A DNA stretch of 64,000 nucleotides from a virus. Its lineage: Duplodnaviria; Caudoviricetes. Under the pieces are notes generated by a model. It saw only the letters and a list, made by a program, of their open reading frames with translations, searched no databases and was not told the DNA's origin. Of this stretch, positions 8,941-18,412 are shown one piece after another (position 1 is the stretch's first letter; each line of letters opens with the position of its first letter). The position numbers and the translations under genes were made by a program. The stretch spans positions 1 to 64,000 of the IMG/VR virus record IMGVR_UViG_3300029305_004474; one strand, 5' to 3'.

Positions 8941-11589
8941 ATGCAATCGATTTCAAAAAATGAACTGTATTTTTTCAATAATCTCTATGATGATCATATA
9001 ATTAGACAGGCATTAATTGATAATAGAAAGACTAATTTCTATAAGTGCTTAAGAAGACAAGAAATACTTCAAAAATTTGATATTGTTACTGGTAAGATGT
9101 CAGATTTTACTATTGATGAAAGCGTTAATTCGTTATTAGGTATTCCTAGAGGCAGTTATACTCTTCATCTTAAAAAATCTATTGTACCTTACTATACAAA
9201 GAAAGCATTTTTAGATAAATTTAAATATTATCAACCATTGTCGATAACACAACTCATTCAGAATCCTGCAATATTCAGTAATACGATTATTTTCCAAGTA
9301 GGAAATACTTTCTGTTTTGGAATGATGGTAGCTGAATCAAATGATGGTTGTTATATTATTCTTACCAATAATAGAACTACTGGTATTACCAAAGAAGGAA
9401 TGAAGAATTATATAGAGAATGATTATAGATGGTTCGTTAATTTTCAGAACCATGCTGATGCTTATTATCTATATAAAAATAGACTATTAGTATTCACTGA
9501 TATGATAGACCCTGAGACAGGTCTATATTTGATTCCGCTTAGTATCTTTACTAATTTAATTAAGCTCAATAAACCAAAAATTCAAAATGAATGGGCTATG
9601 TATATAGGTAGTACACCATACGATGAAAATATCATGTTAGGCACTACTAAAGCTAGCATTATCTCTAAAGATAGTGTAGAGTATGTAGCGATAGATAAAG
9701 AATTTATTGAATATATCAAAAATAATGTCAGTAATGCAAAAATATACTTGATTAATCAGTATCAAAAGTATGGTCATTGTGAAATATCCACAAATGAAAG
9801 CAATGTAGTAAAATTCGAATTACCTTACTTTAATAATCCCATTCATCCAGAAAACATTCATGTTTATGCATACGATTCAATCAATAGAATTAGATTTCAG
9901 GCTATCGAATTTGACTATATACAAGAACATCCATCCATCTTTGAATTAACGTTAAAAAATTATGAAGATAATGGATTACCAAACACTATATGGATTGAAT
10001 GGTATGAATCTCTTAATACATTAACTAAGTATGATAACGCAATTCAATCTGTTATTGATTATTGCACAGATAATAATGCGACATACTTAACTTATAAAAA
10101 TGAAGGTAAATTAGGAGATAAAGTATCTGAGTATGAGCCATATCATCTATCAAGTTACGATTATAGAGCGTTCTTGGCGTATGATGAGTATCCAGATATT
10201 AGATCTTTTAGATTAAATAGATTAATCGAAACTTTAAAAGAAAACCCTAATAGATATAAATATCTTCAGAAGATATTAAATGCAAAGAATAAAAAGACTA
10301 TTAGGCACGAATATCTCCAATCTAAAAGTCCAGAAGTATTTTCTAGGTCTCTTATGTCTAACATAGGAGAGGTTATAGATCCTAACGACGAATATAAATT
10401 CTCTGAGCCAATGCTATATTTTAAAGTACACTTAGGTGAGAATATTAAACCATCGGCACTGGTATATGTAAATGGTGTTAGAGTCAATATTGAATATTCG
10501 CATGTTATTAAACGAGATGCTTATTTCTATATTAAGAGAACTCATCTTATAGATAATATTGATAACCTTATTGATGTAGAAGTATATATTATCGATTCTT
10601 CGCTTATGCATAAACAGGAATCGGATCTTACATTCTATGCTACCGATGTCCCTTATCTTTTAATGAATGATGATGTATTCGGAATGATCGATATCAATAA
10701 CGTTATGGTTTATGATAAGCAAACTAAAGCAGTATTAAAACCTGGCGAAGTTACGTACAGATATTCATTATCTAAAGTGGAAATTACTCCACCTACTGGA
10801 GAAATTATAGATTTCTGTTTTATAGATGAAGATGATTATGATTTCTTTTTAACTTCCGACGAAGAATTCTTTGTAGATAATATTGCCAATTATCTCACAG
10901 TAAGAAAAGAAAATCAGATTGAAGATGTGCCAGTATCCTGTCATAAACCTTTAGATATGACAAGAATGTATGCTATTCTTCATACAGTACATAGAATAAA
11001 TAAAACTATGTCTGTTACAAATATTAACAACTATAGAAAAGTTTATACCAAAGACGCTTCGTTGTCAGATGGAATTTTGGTTATGAAAAACTTTAAGGAA
11101 TCACCAGACTATACTAGATTTAGAATCTATTATGGTGGCAGATTACTCAACGAAACAGAGTATGTATTATCCATACCCGCAAAATATGGTGGAGATGTAA
11201 ATGTTAAACTTAACAATATGCTATCTACTGATAGTAATAGGGAACTTATATTAGAATACTTACCAGTTAACGAAACCATTATATTTGAGGGAACGCCAGA
11301 TACTGAACTATATCACGATGAATTATTCTGGTTCAACGATTTAGAACAAATTTTATTACCTGATATGATGAGAGTATTTATTAATGGCAAACGCATTCCG
11401 GTATCTAGTGTTAAAGATATTGGAGCTATTAATATTTTCAAAATAGATGGATATAAAGATGGTGATTATATCCAAATCTTCATACCAGCTATGGATAGAT
11501 TTTGTTATAATCTCCTCGAAAGTGAAAGGATCATTAATGATGAAATATCACTTAATGAAATTTTTAGAAATTTTATGAAAAGCAAATAA
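8941..11589 (+). CDS. Large virion structural protein (beta-rich, repeated VxxNG motifs)
   Basis: 882 aa; LVYVNGVRV, RIYYGGRLL, RVFINGKRIP; late-like promoter TTGACA-AACTAA-TAA at 8895-8909. Confidence 0.55.
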   Translation: MQSISKNELYFFNNLYDDHIIRQALIDNRKTNFYKCLRRQEILQKFDIVTGKMSDFTIDESVNSLLGIPRGSYTLHLKKSIVPYYTKKAFLDKFKYYQPLSITQLIQNPAIFSNTIIFQVGNTFCFGMMVAESNDGCYIILTNNRTTGITKEGMKNYIENDYRWFVNFQNHADAYYLYKNRLLVFTDMIDPETGLYLIPLSIFTNLIKLNKPKIQNEWAMYIGSTPYDENIMLGTTKASIISKDSVEYVAIDKEFIEYIKNNVSNAKIYLINQYQKYGHCEISTNESNVVKFELPYFNNPIHPENIHVYAYDSINRIRFQAIEFDYIQEHPSIFELTLKNYEDNGLPNTIWIEWYESLNTLTKYDNAIQSVIDYCTDNNATYLTYKNEGKLGDKVSEYEPYHLSSYDYRAFLAYDEYPDIRSFRLNRLIETLKENPNRYKYLQKILNAKNKKTIRHEYLQSKSPEVFSRSLMSNIGEVIDPNDEYKFSEPMLYFKVHLGENIKPSALVYVNGVRVNIEYSHVIKRDAYFYIKRTHLIDNIDNLIDVEVYIIDSSLMHKQESDLTFYATDVPYLLMNDDVFGMIDINNVMVYDKQTKAVLKPGEVTYRYSLSKVEITPPTGEIIDFCFIDEDDYDFFLTSDEEFFVDNIANYLTVRKENQIEDVPVSCHKPLDMTRMYAILHTVHRINKTMSVTNINNYRKVYTKDASLSDGILVMKNFKESPDYTRFRIYYGGRLLNETEYVLSIPAKYGGDVNVKLNNMLSTDSNRELILEYLPVNETIIFEGTPDTELYHDELFWFNDLEQILLPDMMRVFINGKRIPVSSVKDIGAINIFKIDGYKDGDYIQIFIPAMDRFCYNLLESERIINDEISLNEIFRNFMKSK

Positions 11590-11622
11590 AAAAAGAGGTG
11601 CATATAATTGCACCTCTTTTTT
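11588..11622. terminator. Bidirectional terminator
   Basis: aaaaaagaggtgca-tataat-tgcacctcttttt. Confidence 0.8.
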
Positions 11623-11634
11623 ACCCCAATATTT

Positions 11635-11994
11635 TTAACCTACCGAATCTTCAATTTGATTCATTGGCTCTGCTTCCCATATAAAGAAATTCGGCTCATC
11701 ATCTTTCAAAATAATACTAGAAGAACCATCTCCGATTCTGACAATGTTATCATATGCCATATTTGTATAATGCTCTGCAATCTGCACATCGGTAGGAGTG
11801 CCTCCAGATAACCATCTGTAACAGAAATTATACTGATCGATTAATTCAGGTATATAGGATTCGTCGCACACCCTATAATATTCGGTAAATCTTCGGTTAA
11901 GTTCTTTTAGGTTAAATTGAGTTTCATTTACATTTACCGAGTTGGACACTGAAGCACCTAATAAGCATCCAACAAATAATAGTTCTTTAATCAT
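11635..11994 (-). CDS. Hypothetical protein with N-terminal signal/membrane anchor
   Basis: MIKELLFVGCLLGASVS; SD ggagg; early promoter core 12027-12036. Confidence 0.65.
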   Translation of the reverse strand: MIKELLFVGCLLGASVSNSVNVNETQFNLKELNRRFTEYYRVCDESYIPELIDQYNFCYRWLSGGTPTDVQIAEHYTNMAYDNIVRIGDGSSSIILKDDEPNFFIWEAEPMNQIEDSVG

Positions 11995-12050
11995 ATAAAA
12001 TACCTCCTCTGGTTATTATCATAATTATTATATATAATTAGAAAATTTAT

Positions 12051-12857
12051 TTAGAAGGTAAATGTACGATTTAATGTATTATGATAATGAGCAGAAGCCT
12101 TGTTAATGATATCATAATTCTTTGCCATGTTTGCAGCCATCTTATAATACTCGGTGATATCTTTATAACCGCTATCCACCACATCTTTAAAAAGATTCTC
12201 AAATTTTATAATCATTGCTTTTAAATCATCTTGTGATGCACCATCATCTATACTAGCAAGATAATCATAAAAACTCTTACAATTATCTTCTGCAGCATTT
12301 ACAACACTTTCGGCTTTAAATTTAAGAATCCTAGTAGCATTATTAACATAATTAATACAATTAGGTACATAATCCTTCACAATATTTGTAGCTGTATAAT
12401 GAGTAATATCTGTGTCTAGTTTGCATTTTAATTCATTTTTCATAGCATCATATGTGTATTCAGATAAATATGTACCAGTTACAGAAGGAGACAAGTTGAT
12501 CGAGGATTCATCAACGGTATATCCTGCAGGAAGACCTTGGTAATTGATAACCATATTATTTAATCGATTTCTTGTATCCTCGTTAATATTTAATGAAACA
12601 GATAATTTTCTTGCATCTACTCTAAGAGAATTAAGAAATTCGGCAATTGAATCGGAATGATATTTGATATAATTTACAAAATCTGATTCGATAGCCATAT
12701 TTCTAACTTCTGTCATATCCGCACGGAATTTTTTATCAATCTCATTTCTAAGGTTAATAATTTTTTCTCTGAATTCGCTAATATTTGAACTCATTTCAGC
12801 AGCTAATGCTGCCACATCGTTAAATAAATCATGTAAATCTGAAAATGCTCTATACAT
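12051..12857 (-). CDS. Hypothetical helical protein
   Basis: 268-aa ORF with SD aagggg. Confidence 0.65.
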   Translation of the reverse strand: MYRAFSDLHDLFNDVAALAAEMSSNISEFREKIINLRNEIDKKFRADMTEVRNMAIESDFVNYIKYHSDSIAEFLNSLRVDARKLSVSLNINEDTRNRLNNMVINYQGLPAGYTVDESSINLSPSVTGTYLSEYTYDAMKNELKCKLDTDITHYTATNIVKDYVPNCINYVNNATRILKFKAESVVNAAEDNCKSFYDYLASIDDGASQDDLKAMIIKFENLFKDVVDSGYKDITEYYKMAANMAKNYDIINKASAHYHNTLNRTFTF

Positions 12858-12879
12858 ATTTTACCCCTTTCATGTAATT

Positions 12880-12912
12880 AACGGTGCATAAGATATCTTA
12901 TGCACCGTTTTT
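12880..12912. terminator. Palindromic terminator
   Basis: aacggtgcataagat/atcttatgcaccgtt perfect palindrome. Confidence 0.7.
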
Positions 12913-12922
12913 AATAATTATT

Positions 12923-14140
12923 TTATAAGAATGTAAACTCAGAATTATTTCCTGAATTTGATGGTTGACTTGGAGTTGGTGGTTTATATGAACTATATGT
13001 AGATTGATATTGACTACGGGGTTCATCATCAACTCTTGCCTGATCAAAATTATCTGGACCAATATCTGCAATAGTAAACCTAGCTTTATTAGCAGCTTTA
13101 AGGTTCTTAGATGCTTTTGTATTTTCTGCAAATACCTTACTTTCAATAGTATCATTGATACGATTGTAAAACTCAAGTATTTTTTCTTGTTTCAAAATAG
13201 CATCTGTAGATTGATCCAAGGAGTGCTGTAATGTATATTCTACGAACTGCTTATTTCTCTTAACAGATTCGTCAATCTTATAAGCAGTACTATAAAATAC
13301 ATAAATAATCTTTCTTAAAGAAATGATAAAAACAATCAATGTCACAACCGTAACTACTGCAACACCCTGAGGTGTTGCAACCATCATAGGACCAAGATCG
13401 GCTACTAAATTAGCATGACCTGCAATTTGACCAATTACTCCAAGCCAGTTATTTCTACCTTTCTTGAATGAATTAATCATTTGTGTCCATTCACCTTTAT
13501 CATACATCTTTAAGATCTTTTCTACACCCTCAATGATCAATAATCTTTCTGCCGTAGCGGCAGGTGTCATATCTGTAGCATGAGCATATTTAAAGTTGAG
13601 AGCAACATTAGTTGCTTTCTTAGTGATACCTTGAATGATACTTTGTGATGGAGTATCATTTTGAACTCTGATGTGTCTAATATAACTAAGCATTGCAATA
13701 TCTAAAATTCGATGTAAAGCAAGAACTAATGTATTGTATGAAAACATGATAAGTTCAATATCATATTTAAATCCATATTCAAAGTCTGCTCTACATGAAA
13801 TAATCATATTATACAATTTCTGAGTCAATTCAAATTCTGGAGTAGATATACCTTTAAATAACTTCTCCATATTCTCGATTGATTTAGTAAGGTTTTGAAA
13901 ATGCACGTATTTTGTAAAATCACCTTTCGATAAAGGAATCTTATCGAAATCAATAAAACCTTTTTTCATCAAATCATCATATAATCGATTGACTAATTTT
14001 ACTCTAGTTTGTGGATTACTAATACCCTCAGTAGCCACATCTAAATATTTCAATATATCTTTAGGATTCTGATCAGCTCTTAATTCGCAAAATGCTTCGA
14101 CAGCAAGATCATCTAATTTATATCCATCAATGATCATCAT
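12923..14140 (-). CDS. Probable virion (head/ejection) protein with hydrophobic segment
   Basis: Co-oriented behind the 879-aa late gene; VATEG motif; hydrophobic GVAVVTVVTLIVFIISL. Confidence 0.55.
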   Translation of the reverse strand: MMIIDGYKLDDLAVEAFCELRADQNPKDILKYLDVATEGISNPQTRVKLVNRLYDDLMKKGFIDFDKIPLSKGDFTKYVHFQNLTKSIENMEKLFKGISTPEFELTQKLYNMIISCRADFEYGFKYDIELIMFSYNTLVLALHRILDIAMLSYIRHIRVQNDTPSQSIIQGITKKATNVALNFKYAHATDMTPAATAERLLIIEGVEKILKMYDKGEWTQMINSFKKGRNNWLGVIGQIAGHANLVADLGPMMVATPQGVAVVTVVTLIVFIISLRKIIYVFYSTAYKIDESVKRNKQFVEYTLQHSLDQSTDAILKQEKILEFYNRINDTIESKVFAENTKASKNLKAANKARFTIADIGPDNFDQARVDDEPRSQYQSTYSSYKPPTPSQPSNSGNNSEFTFL

Positions 14141-14155
14141 AGCTTAATCTCCTCC

Positions 14156-16795
14156 TTATCTTAAACTTACTAAATTACTTAAGGACTGTGATACGTCCAT
14201 AGATTTCTTTTGCTCACTTTGAATATATGTCATAGACATTTCGACAAAATCTGGATCACCATCATACATAATGGATAACTTTCTAGTACTAGAATTATAT
14301 ATACCAAAAGCAAGGAGATAATACTTATCCATAAAGGCTTTAGCATTTCTAGCATTAGATAAATCAACACCAGTTACTTGAGCAGCTTGGGCAATTTCAT
14401 AATCTGTTACAATCAAACTTGTATATGGAAGAAGTCTATTTGCTGCAAACTTAGTTACGTTATCAATAGCCTTTCTATCCTTACTCATATCAAGTAAGTT
14501 ATATTCATTTCTTCTCTTATCTCTAAATTTCTTCTTCACATCTCCAATATTAAAGATAAGATCTTTAACTACATTAACTTCTCCTCTAGTCCAAGAGATA
14601 AACTTGAAAATTGGATTAGAAGACTTACTTCCTTCGACTAAATCATTGATAACATATGTGCTATTATACATTCTAGCCATACATTTAACACCAAGAACCA
14701 CTTGCTGATCAAAAGATGCTTTTTGACCATGCATATAAAATCTAACATTAATCATTGTAGGATTAGAGTCGATTTTTCCAGTTTCGATCTTATTTTGATT
14801 GAGAGTTGGTTGATCAAACTTATGATTTGATCCTTGAAAAGTTCTATTTAATCGATTATCACTATTCCCAGCTACAGTAATAATATCTCGGTAAGCACCT
14901 TGAGTAATACCATTACTTTGATCACCATTTCTAAAATTATCATCAAGACGCTCATTGATATCTCTAAGTCTTTCTTCAATAGACTCAGTAGCCATAGCCA
15001 ATCTTTCTTCAAGTAACATTTGAGTTCTCTTATAAGGAAGAGAAATCTCATTTACATTACTTTCGTTAAGAGCTCCACCTTGTAACCCCCAACATTCACA
15101 ACCTAAGTCACTATTTTCAAGTTCAAAAGTCGTAGCATTGACACATAATCCAGATGGTTCATCGTTAACTAAACAAAATTCGTTATCTTCCATAAAACTT
15201 TCTACAGAAGGAACTGCTATCTGTTCAAGTGTCTCTTTAATTCCTTTAAGATTTCTTTCAATTAATTTTAAATAACTCTTATATCCGTCCGCATTAATAA
15301 CATAAGTTGCATTACTTGCCAAAGCAATATTCTCCAACGAACTTTTATCTCTTGGAGATATTTGATTCATTGATTTAAGACCAACTTCAAATTGAGATAT
15401 TAAGATATTGATATCATCAATATGAATTTCTAAAAATTGCATAGCTTTGCTACTATTCTTAGCTTTATCACTATTAGCGAGTTTCTCAATTTCTCTTTTT
15501 GCATCTTTTAACTTTTCTAAAGTATTCTTACTATATTTCTTTACATCTGCTAAAGTAGTTTTATAATCAACACCGTAACTACTAATCATAGCAAAACTAA
15601 ACTTTCTAGCAGCCATATTATCTAGTACGGTATTTGCAGTTTTCTTAACAGCATTTGCTGCACTAGCTGCTAAATCAGCAAAACCTTCAGTACCAGTAGT
15701 ACCTGGAGTAGGCTTTGTATTATAAGGAGTAGGTAATTGACCTGGTTTTAATACAGTAGGATCTTTAGATTCTCTACCTGCAAGAACTGCACGATATGCT
15801 TCTGTCTTATATGATTCAATACATCTTTCAACGGAATTCTTATAAGCTTTAAGTTGCATTTCATCATAAATAATTCTTAAACTACCAGTAGCATACTCAA
15901 GGTCTCTAAGATTATCTCTCTTACCTTTGATATCTTTAATCGTCTTTAAAGCTTTACATCCTTCAGATAATTCAGAGATATCTTTACTTAATACACTCAA
16001 GGCTTGTTCGAGAATAACATGAGCATTAACATAACGCTTATCTGTACTCTTCTTAGCCTTAACTAAATTGAAATAACCTTTCTTAGCTTTTTCAAGTGCA
16101 TCTGCCGTATACTTGGTTGCAGAAATAAGATCTGGTTTATAACCCTTTGGCTCAAATCCAACCGAACTCAATACGGATTTTACTCCAGAATCAATAATAT
16201 CTTTCATTGGACGCACTGCGGCAAGATTATATACAGTGGAAGGTCTAGGTAATTGCTTACCTTCATCTGAACGTACCAATGAACCAAATTTCACACTCAA
16301 TTCTGCTCTATCATTACCCTTAAATAAACCTTCTTCTGCAATATCAGATGTATCTTCTAAAGATTCTTTAGAAATAAAATGATCCATCTTCTTAAAGTTA
16401 CTAGGTATATTATTATTGCTATGAATAGACTTGATATACTCAGAAATGTTATTATATTCTTTCAATGCAACTGCAGGTCTCAAAGAAAAAATAGAAACCA
16501 TAAGTGAAGCATAATATCTTTCAAGCATCTTTGCGATTGCAATACCATCATCCAAATCAATACTAGAAGAAAAAATAGCAGGAAATTCCAAAATACTTTC
16601 TCTACCCATTCTTGTAATGGAAGATTTGCCAATCGTACCTTTTACGGATTTGACAGCATCGCCTGCAACACTAATTGCTTGAGCTACATGTCTAGCATTC
16701 TTAGCCAACTCATATGCAGCACCATAAGAAGATTCGGTGGCTTCTTGTTCTAAATCAATTTCTTCTTCATAAAAAGCCGATTTAGGTATAATCAT
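14156..16795 (-). CDS. Probable virion protein with internal duplicated domain and [AGS]-x-E processing motifs
   Basis: Late promoter 16856-16870; ATES, AEEG, GTEG, SVES and second ATES motifs; two ~130-aa internal repeats. Confidence 0.6.
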   Translation of the reverse strand: MIIPKSAFYEEEIDLEQEATESSYGAAYELAKNARHVAQAISVAGDAVKSVKGTIGKSSITRMGRESILEFPAIFSSSIDLDDGIAIAKMLERYYASLMVSIFSLRPAVALKEYNNISEYIKSIHSNNNIPSNFKKMDHFISKESLEDTSDIAEEGLFKGNDRAELSVKFGSLVRSDEGKQLPRPSTVYNLAAVRPMKDIIDSGVKSVLSSVGFEPKGYKPDLISATKYTADALEKAKKGYFNLVKAKKSTDKRYVNAHVILEQALSVLSKDISELSEGCKALKTIKDIKGKRDNLRDLEYATGSLRIIYDEMQLKAYKNSVERCIESYKTEAYRAVLAGRESKDPTVLKPGQLPTPYNTKPTPGTTGTEGFADLAASAANAVKKTANTVLDNMAARKFSFAMISSYGVDYKTTLADVKKYSKNTLEKLKDAKREIEKLANSDKAKNSSKAMQFLEIHIDDINILISQFEVGLKSMNQISPRDKSSLENIALASNATYVINADGYKSYLKLIERNLKGIKETLEQIAVPSVESFMEDNEFCLVNDEPSGLCVNATTFELENSDLGCECWGLQGGALNESNVNEISLPYKRTQMLLEERLAMATESIEERLRDINERLDDNFRNGDQSNGITQGAYRDIITVAGNSDNRLNRTFQGSNHKFDQPTLNQNKIETGKIDSNPTMINVRFYMHGQKASFDQQVVLGVKCMARMYNSTYVINDLVEGSKSSNPIFKFISWTRGEVNVVKDLIFNIGDVKKKFRDKRRNEYNLLDMSKDRKAIDNVTKFAANRLLPYTSLIVTDYEIAQAAQVTGVDLSNARNAKAFMDKYYLLAFGIYNSSTRKLSIMYDGDPDFVEMSMTYIQSEQKKSMDVSQSLSNLVSLR

Positions 16796-16855
16796 ATATG
16801 TTTACCATCCTTTCATCTATATTCATGGGCATTCTTAAACAAATATGCCCGTAAG

Positions 16856-16870
16856 TTATCCAAATGTTTC
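16856..16870 (-). promoter_or_regulatory. Late promoter GAAACA-TTTGGA-TAA
   Basis: Exact AACA-N6-TA. Confidence 0.75.
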
Positions 16871-16952
16871 AGTATAGCGTTATATTTTAAATGAAGAAAA
16901 AAGAGGGTTTGATATTGCTAAACCCTCTCCTTCTTTTTAGGAAAATGACATT

Positions 16953-17123
16953 TTAAATATCATCATCGTCATCATCATCTTCGTCCATATCACCACCAAT
17001 AAGATTACCAATGAGATATGCACCAGCAGAAATCGCTGCCAAACCACCAAAGAGAAGCATACCACTTTCTCCTAATCCTTCCATAGCGTTACCTGTTCTT
17101 ATCATAATACCATTTTTCTTCAT
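16953..17123 (-). CDS. Small membrane peptide (56 aa) not in ORF track
   Basis: MKKNGIMIRTGNAMEGLGESGMLLFGGLAAISAGAYLIGNLIGGDMDEDDDDDDDI; SD aaggagga; followed by hairpin at ~16895-16935. Confidence 0.75.
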   Translation of the reverse strand: MKKNGIMIRTGNAMEGLGESGMLLFGGLAAISAGAYLIGNLIGGDMDEDDDDDDDI

Positions 17124-17144
17124 AATTTTATCCTCCTTTTATTT

Positions 17145-18290
17145 TTACAGAAGTCCTTCTAGAACTTCCATTTGTTTTGATATTTCATATTCTTTCTTTT
17201 CAATACTCATGTATTCCTCACTATCGTAATACGATTTGAGGAATGAAGTATCACCAACGCATTTAGGGTGCTTGCTCATAGGTTCATGTTGATTATCATC
17301 ATTCCAATAATCACCCCTCATAGCACCCTCTATATCTCCCTGCATCATATGTCTAATGGCATCTACAACATAAGTTGGATTGTCATTGGGATCTTGAATC
17401 CTATACATTACAGAAGCTCTATTAGAATCAATATATTCAGGTTGCGATATCTGTTCATAGATATCTTTCATTTCTTCTATAAAACAATCCGCATCATCAT
17501 TGTCGAATTTCACCTCCTCTCCATTAACAAGTGGCATGTATATGTTATCAAACGCCTCATCAAACGCTTGTTTTTCAGCCTCTCTCTTGGCAAGTTTACA
17601 ATCTTTCAATTCTTTATATAATGCTTTAAGCAAGGCTTTAATTGTATCCTTGCCATCTCTTCAACATCCATACAAAGCCTCAGCTTCTGGTCTATATGGA
17701 TTAGAAGACCACAATCCATTGATATATCCCTGACGTTTCAATATCTTATATATATCTCTACAACGTTCTCTAGGACAGGATTGTGTGATCTTCTTAAAGA
17801 ATACAATTTTACCAGTTTGAGTATCTACTACTTGATAGTAATCTTCCTTCTTTGTCGAAGACTGATCAGCAGATACTATCTCAGGCTCAACTTTATTAAA
17901 TCCTCTTTTTCTTCGATATTCTCTAAGACATTTCGCTACACCAGAATCTTTTATTTCTTCATCAGAATATCTATTTTCACGGTCATCCTGATCAATATCC
18001 TGGTCACGATTAATAATATCTTTAGCTTTGATTTTCACCTCCTTCTTTGTACGTTCTGTCTTAACTACATCATCAGCAGTTTCAACTTCTTTAACCTTAT
18101 GCTTTCTAAAAGCTCTTCTAAGCTTTACAAAAGATAAGACTGCTGAAGAGACAGATGTAAAGAATTTACAAACACCTCCGATAACCTTACCTGTATTACC
18201 GAAGACGAATCTAAGGATTCCACCTCCGATATTCTTTAAAGCTTCTAATATTTTCATTTTATTTTTCCTTTCATTGTATAATTTATCCAA
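17145..18290 (-). CDS. Hypothetical protein interrupted by a single in-frame TGA (ORFs 17661-18290 and 17145-17633 share a frame)
   Basis: ...EALYGC-TGA-RDGKDTIKALLKALY...; downstream ORF has only a TTG start and no SD; early promoter 18330-18339. Confidence 0.55.
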
Positions 18291-18386
18291 ATCAAAAATG
18301 AACTATAATTTACTTCTTCATACACTAAAATCATATATATTTCAATCGTTATTTGAAAATGGTAAATACCACATTCTATTGCTCAC

Positions 18387-18401
18387 AAAACATTCCGATA
18401 A
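18387..18401 (+). promoter_or_regulatory. Late promoter AAAACA-TTCCGA-TAA
   Basis: Exact AACA-N6-TA. Confidence 0.75.
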
Positions 18402-18412
18402 CTATTTAGAAT

